64,000 nt of DNA, taken from positions 1 to 64,000 of the forward strand of contig MU619389.1 of the NCBI GenBank assembly GCA_025201805.1, written 5' to 3'. The notes beneath the pieces are model-generated. The model had not been told where the DNA came from. It worked only from the letters and a program-made list of their open reading frames with translations, and did no database searches. Position numbers and translations under genes: made by a program. Shown in pieces: positions 1 through 10,978 of the stretch. The DNA comes from Parasitella parasitica NRRL 2501. Taxonomy: Eukaryota; Fungi; Mucoromycota. Position 1 is the stretch's first letter. Every line of letters begins with the position of its first letter.

Positions 1-172
1 ACTGCAATTTCAGATAGAATGGCTGTGGAAAGAAAAATATATGAAACAAAGTTATTCACATGAATCTCTGTGCATTTAACCTTGCACCAAAAATCTTTTA
101 ACTTTGCACACCTAAATGTTTTTGCTAGTGCATCAATAATTTCCGGAAATAGTGTATGACAATCTTAACGGA

Positions 173-1232
173 TCGGTGTCCTCACTCATTTTTTTGGTGT
201 CAATGTCGGTGTCGGTGTCGGTGTCGGTGTCGNNNNNNNNNNNNNNNNNNNNNNNNNNNNNNNNNNNNNNNNNNNNNNNNNNNNNNNNNNNNNNNNNNNN
301 NNNNNNNNNNNNNNNNNNNNNNNNNNNNNNNNNNNNNNNNNNNNNNNNNNNNNNNNNNNNNNNNNNNNNNNNNNNNNNNNNNNNNNNNNNNNNNNNNNNN
401 NNNNNNNNNNNNNNNNNNNNNNNNNNNNNNNNNNNNNNNNNNNNNNNNNNNNNNNNNNNNNNNNNNNNNNNNNNNNNNNNNNNNNNNNNNNNNNNNNNNN
501 NNNNNNNNNNNNNNNNNNNNNNNNNNNNNNNNNNNNNNNNNNNNNNNNNNNNNNNNNNNNNNNNNNNNNNNNNNNNNNNNNNNNNNNNNNNNNNNNNNNN
601 NNNNNNNNNNNNNNNNNNNNNNNNNNNNNNNNNNNNNNNNNNNNNNNNNNNNNNNNNNNNNNNNNNNNNNNNNNNNNNNNNNNNNNNNNNNNNNNNNNNN
701 NNNNNNNNNNNNNNNNNNNNNNNNNNNNNNNNNNNNNNNNNNNNNNNNNNNNNNNNNNNNNNNNNNNNNNNNNNNNNNNNNNNNNNNNNNNNNNNNNNNN
801 NNNNNNNNNNNNNNNNNNNNNNNNNNNNNNNNNNNNNNNNNNNNNNNNNNNNNNNNNNNNNNNNNNNNNNNNNNNNNNNNNNNNNNNNNNNNNNNNNNNN
901 NNNNNNNNNNNNNNNNNNNNNNNNNNNNNNNNNNNNNNNNNNNNNNNNNNNNNNNNNNNNNNNNNNNNNNNNNNNNNNNNNNNNNNNNNNNNNNNNNNNN
1001 NNNNNNNNNNNNNNNNNNNNNNNNNNNNNNNNNNNNNNNNNNNNNNNNNNNNNNNNNNNNNNNNNNNNNNNNNNNNNNNNNNNNNNNNNNNNNNNNNNNN
1101 NNNNNNNNNNNNNNNNNNNNNNNNNNNNNNNNNNNNNNNNNNNNNNNNNNNNNNNNNNNNNNNNNNNNNNNNNNNNNNNNNNNNNNNNNNNNTGTCGGTG
1201 TCGATGTCGGTGTCGATGTCGATGTTGGTGCC
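173..1232. repeat. (GTGTCG)n hexamer array flanking both sides of an assembly gap (233-1192)
   Basis: Pure GTGTCG units run into the gap at 204-232 and degenerate GTGTCG/ATGTCG units emerge at 1193-1232. The array probably caused the gap. Confidence 0.85.
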
Positions 1233-1256
1233 GTGTCTTATCTTTTTTCTTTAAAA

Positions 1257-2320
1257 ATGGAGGAAGATATAGATAACTGGTATTTGCCTTTTGAAATGAG
1301 GTGTGGGACTGATTTTACTGCTAAACTTACCCTAAACAACAAAACCATTATAAATATTATTGTTCATCAATTACTTGGTAAGTATGGTTTTTTTTTATTC
1401 ACGAAGCGGAATTTACACATTTATTTTTCATAGGATCAGATATTCCTAATAATGCATACATCTCTGGCTCAACAGAATGGGCAGATGGTAAAAGATCAGA
1501 TGCATTATATATACCAAGAAATGAAGTGACGCGTGATCTACCACCCATCTTGGTTGAAGTTCAAAATCATGTTGATCAACGATTTATGTTGAGGCTAATT
1601 AACTATTGCGCTAATGTGTATGATCGTTATGAGGTGTTGCCTGTTGTGCTTGTCTTTGTAGTAGAAAAATTTTCCAATACCATATTTGAGGAAAGTTTTG
1701 TTGAGAAAGCAAGTGCTCCATATATTCTAGAAACTCAGTGTGAACATTGGGCGAAGTCAGCTAACTTCGTTTCAGCCAAGTCAATTGAAAATTATATTCA
1801 AGACTCCATGGATCCATTTGTGGTACTTGCCTATTTCACCTCATCGCAAGCACAAAACTTGAAATCGCTAACGTTTGCTGCTGATTCGACAGTACGCTTT
1901 CTGTGGTCTATATGTCAAAAAAACATGATGAAGAAAAACCAGAATGAACTATATCAGGTTCTTGATCAAGCTACAAACAAAGTACAAGAAATAATCGAAA
2001 TACAAGATGAAGATCCTATTCTGATGCTGGAAAAAAGCCAAAACTTTGCCAAAGAGTTCCTAGGAATCATTGAGGGCCAGAAAAGAAAGTTAAATGAAGA
2101 ATATGAACTAGATCTACAAGCCTTAGAGGCACAAAAGAAAAAATATACAACAGAAGATTTTCTTTTTATCGAAAGCATGCCAGAGCCAAACAAGTCAAAA
2201 AACTGGAAAAAGATTTTTAATGCAGGAAAAATCAAAGGGTTATTTAACTCTTATACCTCAGCAAACTCTTTAAAAAGTTCTTACCACCATGCCGTTAAAC
2301 GTACCAAAAAACAAAAATAA
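1257..2320 (+). CDS. Rpn/YhgA-like PD-(D/E)xK nuclease-family protein (~335 aa) with C-terminal coiled coil and putative Myb/HTH-like domain; 2 exons (1257-1377, 1434-2320)
   Basis: ATG at 1257. A GT..AG intron at 1378-1433 joins MEEDIDNWYLPF..HQLL-G in frame to SDIPNNAY..TEWADGKRSDALY..PPILVEVQNHVDQRFMLRLINYC. The D...ExQ....RL..Y pattern is typical of Rpn/PDDEXK_2-type nucleases. The C-terminus (DFLFIE..NWKKIFNAG..GLFNSY..SLKSSY) is helical and basic. Confidence 0.75.
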
Positions 2321-2349
2321 CTTTTTATTTATTTCCAAATAAAGTATTT

Positions 2350-3009
2350 TCATTCTCTTTTTTTAATAATTGTCTCGCACAGCAAACTAATAGTTTGATT
2401 TTCTACGTTGGAAGAAAAGGATAATATCTTGTCTGGATGAGACAAAAACTGACATAACACAAGGAAAGCATTCATAGGTTGATCATTTAAAGGTGTGACA
2501 TCCAAATCGGAAAGAAACATCAGACATTTTTCTGCCCAAAAATCAGATTTGATCTTCACCAAATGGGAATTTGGTTCATCTACATTTGAGCCAAGACAGT
2601 CTTTGTGGGCAATAATTAATACAATTGGTAAATAATTGAATCTTTCGTAAACAAGTATACAGTATTGCATAATTTTCAGAATCAATACTTGATTAATTTC
2701 ACTTTGAATAGTTACGACTATTGGTTTGAAACGTTCGTCGCTTTCATTCTGAGATTTGTATACTTTAAAAAAACCTCCAGCCTCTGGCCATCCATTCTGA
2801 TGCACCACATAGTTGCTTTTTGGAACGTGTGTACCTATAAGTAAAGTCATGTGTTATATAAGAGCAGTGAGGTTTATAAGAAGGCTATGATGCATCATAC
2901 CGACCAAAACTCGAACGATCAGATTTATTATTTCTTGTTCATTCAGTAGAAGCTGAGCTATAAGATCTGCGTTTGACTTCCATTTAAATGGTAGATTAGG
3001 AGTATCCAT
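2350..3009 (-). CDS. Paralogue of the 1257-2320 nuclease lacking the catalytic residues (~197 aa); 2 exons (3009-2901, 2834-2350)
   Basis: ATG at 3009. The phase-1 intron (2900-2835) lies after the same Gly as in the neighbour. It aligns over its whole length (LPF..D..LLN..IINLIV..LVG; W; PIVVTIQ vs PILVEVQ; YC..VY.R..LP.VL; WA; M.AFLVL..F), but the catalytic D and E are replaced and the C-terminal domain is absent. Confidence 0.75.
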
Positions 3010-3142
3010 ACTCTCGTTTATTATCTATTAAGGAGTGAGTTTTTATGTACAATTTTTTTTTTTTTTTTTTGGTTACGAATTTTCCTAGCGGGTCCGGCTC
3101 GGTACCCCGAGCATGGTGAATTTTTATTTACCTTTTTATGTA

Positions 3143-3170
3143 CACCGACGCCGACACCGACAAAAAAAAT
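3143..3170. repeat. CGACAC/CGACGC units plus A-tract; inverted counterpart of the left (GTGTCG)n array
   Basis: CACCGACGCCGACACCGACAAAAAAAAT; its reverse complement ATTTTTTTTGTCGGTGTCGGCGTCGGTG resembles ATTTTTTTGGTGTCAATGTCGGTGTCGG at ~188-215. Confidence 0.6.
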
Positions 3171-3715
3171 ACGGGTCCTAATCCCTCAGAACGCTCGTAT
3201 AACTCTAACCCTAAATTCCTAGTCTCTATTATGGCTCGGATCCTTTTTCCACTTTCATCGAATTGTCCTCCTTTCAATCCCTTTTTTTCGACTTTCATCT
3301 TTCAGAGCTAAAACTTATCCAGAGATTCTTTCGCTCTATTGGCGATGCCGTATATTTAAAACGGCAATATTGAGTAAGAGTTGAAACGCTACACATTGTT
3401 GATTAAGGCATGTAATGCCATAACTGCTGAAATTCTATACAACTCCCCCCTCCCCCTCATGTTATAAAAAAAACACCATTCTAATCGTTTTTAAGTCAAA
3501 AAATACATATCATTTTTAACTCAATTTGATTTAGCTTATTGTGACATTTCTTTATTTCAAAAGGACAAAATTTCTAGACATACAGGGACAATCATTTTTG
3601 GCTTAATGCCATTAATTTTTTGGTTATGGACATTTGATTTTCTCAAAGTGACAAAATTTACCGTTCTCACTGTATTCCTTGACAAGAGGGTACTTTTTAC
3701 TTTTCCATTTTTTTT

Positions 3716-5935
3716 TAACAAGGGGTTATTGCAGCAAAATATTCATTAGTTATCTTCTTGTGCTCCCAATTTGATGGGTCACACCTGTTTTATCATATTA
3801 TTATGAATGAAGGTATACTTGCGGTACCAAAAATGCCTACTTTATAGAGCTGTGTCTTGTACTAGACTTGAAATTGACTTGATATCATCTCCAGATAGAT
3901 ATTTTTTACAGCTTAAAAGCAAAAACTTTAGCTTCGCGTGCCATTTTTTGATTGATTTTCATAATCAAAAGTGCCCTGGAAATGCCAGAAATAGTATCCA
4001 TTGGGAAAAAACTATATTATAAATGATTTTGGTGCAATTTAAGCATATTTTTTTTTCGATACAAAATGACGGATTTTTTCGATTTTTTCCTTGTATCCAC
4101 ACATCCAAAATCATCAATTATGCATTATTCTCAATTTTGACCCCAAAAATACAACTTTTTACTATGGCATATATTGGATGACTTCCAAAACTAAAAAATG
4201 AATAAATTTTATTCATTTGTCAACTCCGTTAGATTGAGATTCGTCCCGATATAAACCACGATTTATTTGCGTTTATTCACGTCAATAAAGGTTGTTAATA
4301 TCAGTATAAAACTTCGATTTTATTGAGACATTGTGGTTCGATGGCTTTTTACAGTTGATGTACAAGAAATCAAGATTACTATTTTATAATATTCATATAA
4401 TATTAAGTTAAAGGTGCTTTTGTTTACAAATAATACAAATGAACGAAAACACACGAAGTAAAGGTGCATCGTAAAGATAAAAATAAGGACGAAGACGGCG
4501 ACAACGAAGATTGGGGGGAAGAAAAAGATGTGAATAAGAAAATGTTAAGGACGTCAGAGGCAAAAGCCCTAAGCGTGATTAAATGCTATGGAGTGGTTTT
4601 TTTTTTTTTTTTTTGCATAAATTCTTTATTCATCGTTTAATTTGGCCTCTACCCCCCTCGTCAGATTTGGCTGTAAATCACAAAAAGTGAATAAATTTTA
4701 TTCACTCGTTATTCACGTCTTTTGAACATCCGAATATTTTCAATCCCAATTGAATAACAGATTTATTCACGATTTTATTTATTCAAGTTTTGGAAGTCGT
4801 CCATTGGAGGAAAATGATCGTAAAAGACCACTCCTTGATCTGAAAGACTGGAAATGCTTTCTGATTAAGCAGAATTTTGACTTTTCCCTCATAATCTGTT
4901 TTGAGGTTTTCTCGATATAATTTCTCCCATAAGAATACGAGAATTATGAAATAATACCATCCGTGTAGAGCGTCCAAAAATACAGCTATTATCATAGACT
5001 GAAAGCCGTGGTATGCATAGTATCAGGGGATGGTATCTTGCCTTAAAGAAGTAATTTTGTTTTCTAATTGTACAAATGGAGTTTTGAAAGAATTTTTGCT
5101 TCCTGATTTTGGTCGCGTTTAATCTCCGCTATCCAAGGAAGATGGTGCTTTTTTTTGAAGAAAGCATTAGCTTCAAGAAGCCAAAGCTTGCCCAATTCAA
5201 GAGAAAAATAGCTGCAAACTAGTTTATTTAAATTTTATGCTTCTTTGCTTTCTAATGGTGGAACTTGCATGTCTGTAACTAGCTTGACGATCTCACGCTT
5301 CGATTTTGAAGAATACTTTTCCGAAAAAAGTCAGAAAAGTCGTTACCTTCATCTGATTTCAACTCAAAGAGCACAAAAACTTGCTCAAAGTTATGCAAAT
5401 ATGTAATGAAAAAGTGTATTATAGTCTAATGTATTAATTTAAATTACTCGATTTTGTGTCTGAAATTGCCAAACATTGTTTCCTCACAGTTTTTGTCTTT
5501 CTTCTGACAATTACACACTGAAATTGGCGTAGACCCAAAAAAAAAAAAAAAGGAAAGCAGAAAAAAATCAGGCGCCTAAAATCTACGCAGGCATTGCAAA
5601 GACAAACACATTTGGACCATTCCAATATTATGGAAAATATAGCACAAGGTTGATTAGCTGCTCTATTGTGCAACTGGATATACAGAATTCAACTTGGTAC
5701 TTGTCTGACAAGAACTTCTACACTAGAAGACGCCAGATCAACTGAAGGTATAAGAAAGTGCTAAAGAAAAGAAAACAATCTACCACCAGGATAAAACACC
5801 CATTCACAAAGAATTATCTCTATAGAAATTTATAAAAATCCCAAGGGCACAAGCGTGTTTATCTTCAACCTTGCTCTCCGTTCCTGAATCAAAGGTTTTT
5901 TAATCCCAGAATCACAGATGGTTGCCAATAGATAA
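3716..5935. repeat. Dispersed repeat, copy 1 (unclassified, probably a decayed TE), interrupted by a MITE
   Basis: Near-identical, same-orientation match to ~47800-49400 (e.g. the ORF-track peptides at 5434-5673 and 48897-49136 are almost identical). Confidence 0.9.
4176..4802. mobile_element. 627-bp MITE with 17-bp TIRs and 3-bp ATT target-site duplication (PIF/Harbinger/Tourist-like)
   Basis: TIRs GGATGACTTCCAAAACT ... AGTTTTGGAAGTCGTCC (one mismatch); ATT at 4173-4175 and 4803-4805. The empty site (GGCATATATTGGAGGAAAATG) is present in repeat copy 2 at ~48256-48276. Confidence 0.92.
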
Positions 5936-7953
5936 CCGTATAATGATATTGAAAAGTTTAAGCTCAAGAAGTAAAGAGTTTTATGTATGTTGAAATTGTT
6001 GCGTCAGAAAAGCATAAGGTTAAGCAATAATTAGATTGGTGATTCTTTGCATACAACAAATACAAGGAATAAGCTATTGATGTGGGACAACATGTGTATT
6101 AACTTGGTATTGCGAACCAAGTTCAATATTAAAAAAGATGGCAATAAAGTCATTAATTTGTGTTTGATTTTATTTTTATATAGATGTATATATATTTTTA
6201 TTTATTTTTATTTTTAGCAGATTGTATTTTTCTATCCTCTGCGCAAAACAGGAATTAGTAAGTCAAAGCAGCAAACTTCAGACTATAAAAATAGAGTAAA
6301 ATTATCTTTAGAGATGTTAAGTGGTGTAAATTTCGAATCTATGCGCTTTAAAAACAAAAAACTAAGATTAGTACCTCTTCTAAACGGCAAGGCTGAGGAA
6401 TCTCTGCTCAATCCCAAAGTTGCTTCAAAGAGTGCTGCAGGCACTGGCAATGGAATAATTGACATGATCAAAACAGCTGGATTAAACAAAATCAATTTTC
6501 TCACTACCCTCAATTACATGTCTAGTATTTTTGAATCAAGGCAAGTTGACCATCGCTGATGAGTATGAGATATTGACTCTACAAAGGGCATAATTTTCAG
6601 ATGATTCTACTACAATTTCATCCCATGATGATTGTGATTTAGCCACTTTTCTTGCGATAGTAACAAGCAATTGACATGGACTATTCAGCAATTTGTTAAA
6701 GAGCATGGCTTCGACATTCTTAAAGTCTACAGTACAGGTACAAATTATTCCACCTCCTAAGACATTCTCGGAAACATCGAAGGTTGGTTGTATCTTTCTT
6801 GCGATACCATTACGGCGTCAAATACATGGAGTTGTAATCACAATACTAATTATTTCGTCTGCAACCTCTGCAACGCATCCTTCTCGAAAAGCTAGCAATA
6901 CTTCCGCTCTTACTTTTATCAATGCTGGTTCATACTACTTTCAAGAGGTTTCCAATGTTTAGTTTCGTGTGAAAAGCTTCTCTTTGAAGCAACAAACAGG
7001 GTTATTCTTGTATTCCATGTTCATTAACAGAAGAAAGTATTCGAATCTTAATGACCAATCTGCTGATAGTCAAGAGAGGCATCGAATGGAGTTTGACATC
7101 ACAAAATCAACTATCGCGGATGACTTGGACATGCGCCACTGAGAGTATAACAACTCAAAGTCGAACGCGATGAGAAGGATATTTGAGTTTTTTCGAGTGA
7201 AAACGTTATAACAGTTTGGAAGCACTTATAGCAAAAAATACCCATCATGCTCATTGGCGATAGCAACTCGTTTATTCGTGCTGATCTCAGATAAGGCAGC
7301 TTCTGGAGACAGGGCCATCATGCTCGATATATCTAACGCTTGCTACGCTATAATTACTATCAAACCTTCCTCATTCTCTAGGTGTCCATCAAGGCAAGCT
7401 CAAAACTTCTAAAGGCTTTTGTGTTTGTTTGTTTGCTCGAACCCCATTTCTTCTGACCGTTTTGTCATTCTTAACAGAGAGAGAAAGAGAGAGAGAGAGA
7501 AGCTCTGCTTTGGTTCTTCCAATGCTGCCTATTGCTTCTAGGTCAAAAGTCTCCCAAAAACTTTGATATACCGTAGCTACTGCCTATTTTTTTTTTTAAA
7601 AAAAAAGATGGCTCAAGCTCGCTGCCACACGATAGCATTAGTTTTCGGATGCTGTATGTGTTTATTTTTTTCATAAGCTTAATACTAAATCGCCCCAACT
7701 ATCTGCCAACATCTTTTTGTGAGTTAATACAGAAATATAATCAATGACAACATCATGATTTTAATGTTTTTTGTCGAGAATATTCCAAAACCTTTGCATA
7801 GTCGGCACATCACACACCACAAACCATGATTCAGTTAATTGCGATTACATCATTATGAAACTCTCATGTGGAGTATAAATAACCCTTACATTCATTTTTC
7901 AGCTTCCTCATCTTTTTCTCTCTTAATACTGATATATATATACGTAAAACAAA

Positions 7954-8227
7954 ATGTTTGATAATATGCTTCAATATAGCGGTGGCCTTGTCGGTCTCAT
8001 CATCTTGATCCTCGATTTAATAGTTATTTTTGAAGTAATAAACTCAAATCGCAGCATTAGTGGTAAACTTGGCTGGTCTCTGTTAGTCTTTTTCTTCCCT
8101 ATTGTTGGATTGATTCTCTACTTGTAAGTATATAATCAGAGGAGTTTTGTGTAGGATTAACGGTTGTATATATAGCTTGTTTAGTGGTCGTAATGAGCAT
8201 AATGCAAGATATGAAACAATAATTTAG
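7954..8227 (+). CDS. Small two-TM membrane protein, PLDc_N (phospholipase D N-terminal)-like, 73 aa; intron 8124-8175
   Basis: Spliced product MFDNMLQYSGGLVGLIILILDLIVIFEVINSNRSISGKLGWSLLVFFFPIVGLILYFLFSGRNEHNARYETII carries the K..W.L.V..FP..G..LY motif. A TATAAA box is at ~7874. Not in the ORF track. Confidence 0.8.
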
Positions 8228-8271
8228 CCGCAACATCCTTTTATTTCAAGCTAATAAACTGAAAAATCAGC

Positions 8272-9296
8272 TTACTCTAAGCGACATTTTGTGATGAAAA
8301 CTGCGTCTATGGGGCTAAACGAGGACAAGTACGGTTATTAGCTTTGAAATAACATGTCTTTCGTTTAAAAATAATCATTACCGGTTCTCGCTGGTTGTTC
8401 TAACCAGCCCCATTCTTTTTACTACGTTCATACCATCACTCACTCGACCAAAGATTGTGTGTTTGCCTATATTTTGAGTGTTAAAACGCATACCGATTTA
8501 TCTGATAGTAAAGGACAATACCATCTAGCCACGGCGTAGGAGCTAGTGTGATGAAAAACTAGATTTTGTTTTGGGGATTGCTAATATTCAGTAGATGCAT
8601 AATTAACTTGATCAAATAATTTTACTTGGGAACCGTTCGTGTTTGGGCCAGAATTGGCCATGCTGAGAATACCAGCACCAGTATGCTTGAGTTCACGATT
8701 GAATTCGTCCTCAAATTTCTCGCTAAATATGCACCTTTACTTTAATTTCGAGATCATATAGTCTTCAATTCTACATTTACCCGTAAATTGACATACCACC
8801 ACGACCAGTACCCGTTGGATCGCCACCTATTTCTGTAAATCAGCAAATACCATTATTAGTCCAGATTGATGTATGAATCACCTTGAATCATGAAATCCTA
8901 TGAAAGCCAAGTAAATTCGAATTAAAAATCTAACTGGTGTATTTTGTTTCAACCTACAGCAATGATACGATGGAACTATCATAATATAATGAATAAAAGG
9001 ATTTTGAAATAAAGATGGATGACTTACGCTGACGTTGTCATATTTTCCTTGCTTTGCCTACAAACAATCTGTTAATTTTTTCTTCAGGACTTGAAAATGT
9101 AGATTCAAACTCTTACAAGTTCATAAAAGTTTTTACAGGTTCTAATGAAGAGAGAGAAAAAAAAAAGGGTATTGGTTTTATGTCGAAACAAGGTCGCCTT
9201 CACAGATCAAACATACCTTGGTGCATGGTCCCAGTAAAGTTCAATATTAATTGATCCCATAGAGGTATCAAGGATGACAGATCTGGTATCAGACAT
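8272..9296 (-). CDS. PPIL1: Cyclophilin-type peptidyl-prolyl isomerase, PPIL1-like; 10 exons
   Basis: Manual splicing gives [27 protein letters not shown]|TCKNFYEL|[10 protein letters not shown]|FHRIIA|DFMIQG|[15 protein letters not shown]|[32 protein letters not shown]|[13 protein letters not shown]|KHTIFGRV..|..FITKCRLE*, with GT-AG introns. Confidence 0.92.
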
Positions 9297-9384
9297 TATT
9301 AGATTTCAAGAATTGAAGAACAAGATACGATTCAGTATTGACATTTTTTGTTTTATTTATACAATTTTTTTTTCGACATCAGCT

Positions 9385-10794
9385 CTAATCAAATGTAACC
9401 TTGGTTCCCTTAAACTCTTGCACTGTTGGCTTTTGTCGTTGAGCAGCATACAGTGCCTGGCCTGGCTTCACTTTTTCGTGGCTGACAGGCTTCTTGGGCC
9501 TTCTCTCTCTAAATTCTCTAGTTTCTTCACCCTGGTGATGACCCTCAGCGTCATCCTTTTTTTGTCTCTTAGGGTGGGGTTCTCCAGATGCTGCTGAATC
9601 GGGAGAAGTATTTGTTGGTGGAGATGAATTGTTAAGGCTCTCTGTCTTTTTCTTTTCGCGCATTAGCCAAGGTTTCGATCTCATATGAGCCTCTGCACTA
9701 CCAAATTCGACACGCACTTTGCGTCCATCCAAATTGTGCTTGTCAGGAGCACGAATTGCTTTAGTAGCAGATTCGATGTCGTGGTAATCGACATAACCAA
9801 AGCCTTTGCATTTGCCCGAATCTTCAAATGTAGCAACACGCACTTTGCGGATCTCACCTGCCCACTCAAAATTTTCTCGGATAGATTTTTCTGTGGTATC
9901 AAAGCTGAGATTGCCGAGGAAAAGTGTAGGACAAGGAGGATTCTTTTGCTTCTTAATCTCTCTCTTTTCTGCTTCGGTAGGGGCTTTTGACCCGTCAGCA
10001 CGTTCATAATTCTCGGCATCCTTGATTAACAGTGAGCGACCCTCTAGTTTTTTTTCTGACATGGAAGCGCCTTTGGCCGCTTCTTCAGGCGTGGAAAAGA
10101 AAATGTATGCAAAACTAGAATAGGTCATTGTTAGTTTCTCAATTTTACTGCTCCAGCAACAAAGATTGGGTACCCTTTGTTGTAATTCTTGGCTCCATTT
10201 CCTTTGGGGCATTTGATACGAGTAATTTCGCCACATTCAGTAAAGAATTGTTTGATTGCGGCTAAAGTAGTGCCGTAAGAAAGATTGCCAACCCAAATCC
10301 CGTATTCTTTTTCCTTTTCCTTCTTTTCGGCTTTGGCTTTGGTTTTCTTGACAGGCTCAATGACGTTGCCATCAGCATCCAACACTGGTTCTTTAGGTTC
10401 CTCGTCTTCCTCCTCGTCTTCATTATCGCTCAGCTCACCCCTCTTTTATAAATTAAATGTAAATGGTCTATTGGATGGCCGTCATTCAAGCGAGATGCTT
10501 TACCTTTCTCTTTTTGTTCAGATCCTTCTTTGACTTTTTCTTTTCTCTGTTCTTTCTGTTGATCTCACGCTGAGCTTGCCTTTCTTCTTTTGTCATCTCC
10601 TTCTTGAGTCTCCTCTTTTCAGCCTTCAGGGCAAGGCGAGTCTTCTCCTCCTCATCTACTTGCATATCTGTGATCTCTTCAAGCACATTGAAAGCGTCGT
10701 CTTGTTTTGCTTGTGATTTGATCTCTTTCATTGCAACTGAATCCTCAATACTACTAGGTTTTTCGCTTTGTTCTTTCTTGGTTTTTGAGCCCAT
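9385..10794 (-). CDS. NOP13: Nucleolar two-RRM RNA-binding protein (Nop13-like); 3 exons
   Basis: K/E-rich N-terminus; RRM1 YGIWVGNLSY..KGFAYIFF; RRM2 TLFLGNLSFD..KCKGFGYVDY; C-terminal FKGTKVTFD. Confidence 0.8.
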
Positions 10795-10978
10795 AATAAT
10801 GTCTATTAGTCGAGTAAAGAGGTTGATTCAACAAAAAATTTGACACTTGTGTTTGTTATTGGGATTAGGCATGATCCCAAGTCAAAATGGTCACATTGTA
10901 ATGGTAAATGTGTATTTGAACCTGTCCAGTAAGCCACTGTAAACGAATCAAGTATTCCTCTGCTTTCCGTCAGCACAT

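Noticed and set aside
173-1232. Repeat array next to a nuclease gene as a CRISPR-like array
   Set aside because: The visible parts are contiguous hexamers with no spacers, and the gap content is unknown.
152-1433. Long ORF-track entries spanning N runs (also 18449-18967, 62142-62690, 53923-54126)
   Set aside because: Artefacts of translating through assembly gaps and homopolymers; only the flanking exons noted above are supported.
3177-3214. CCTAAT/CTCTAA/CCCTAA units resembling a telomeric repeat
   Set aside because: Only two or three degenerate units; not distinguishable from chance.
5950-7400. Possible decayed MULE/SWIM or C2H2 zinc-finger element (e.g. YFVCNLCNASF)
   Set aside because: The frames are broken and I could not determine the coding strand; probably a relic, but it cannot be classified by eye.
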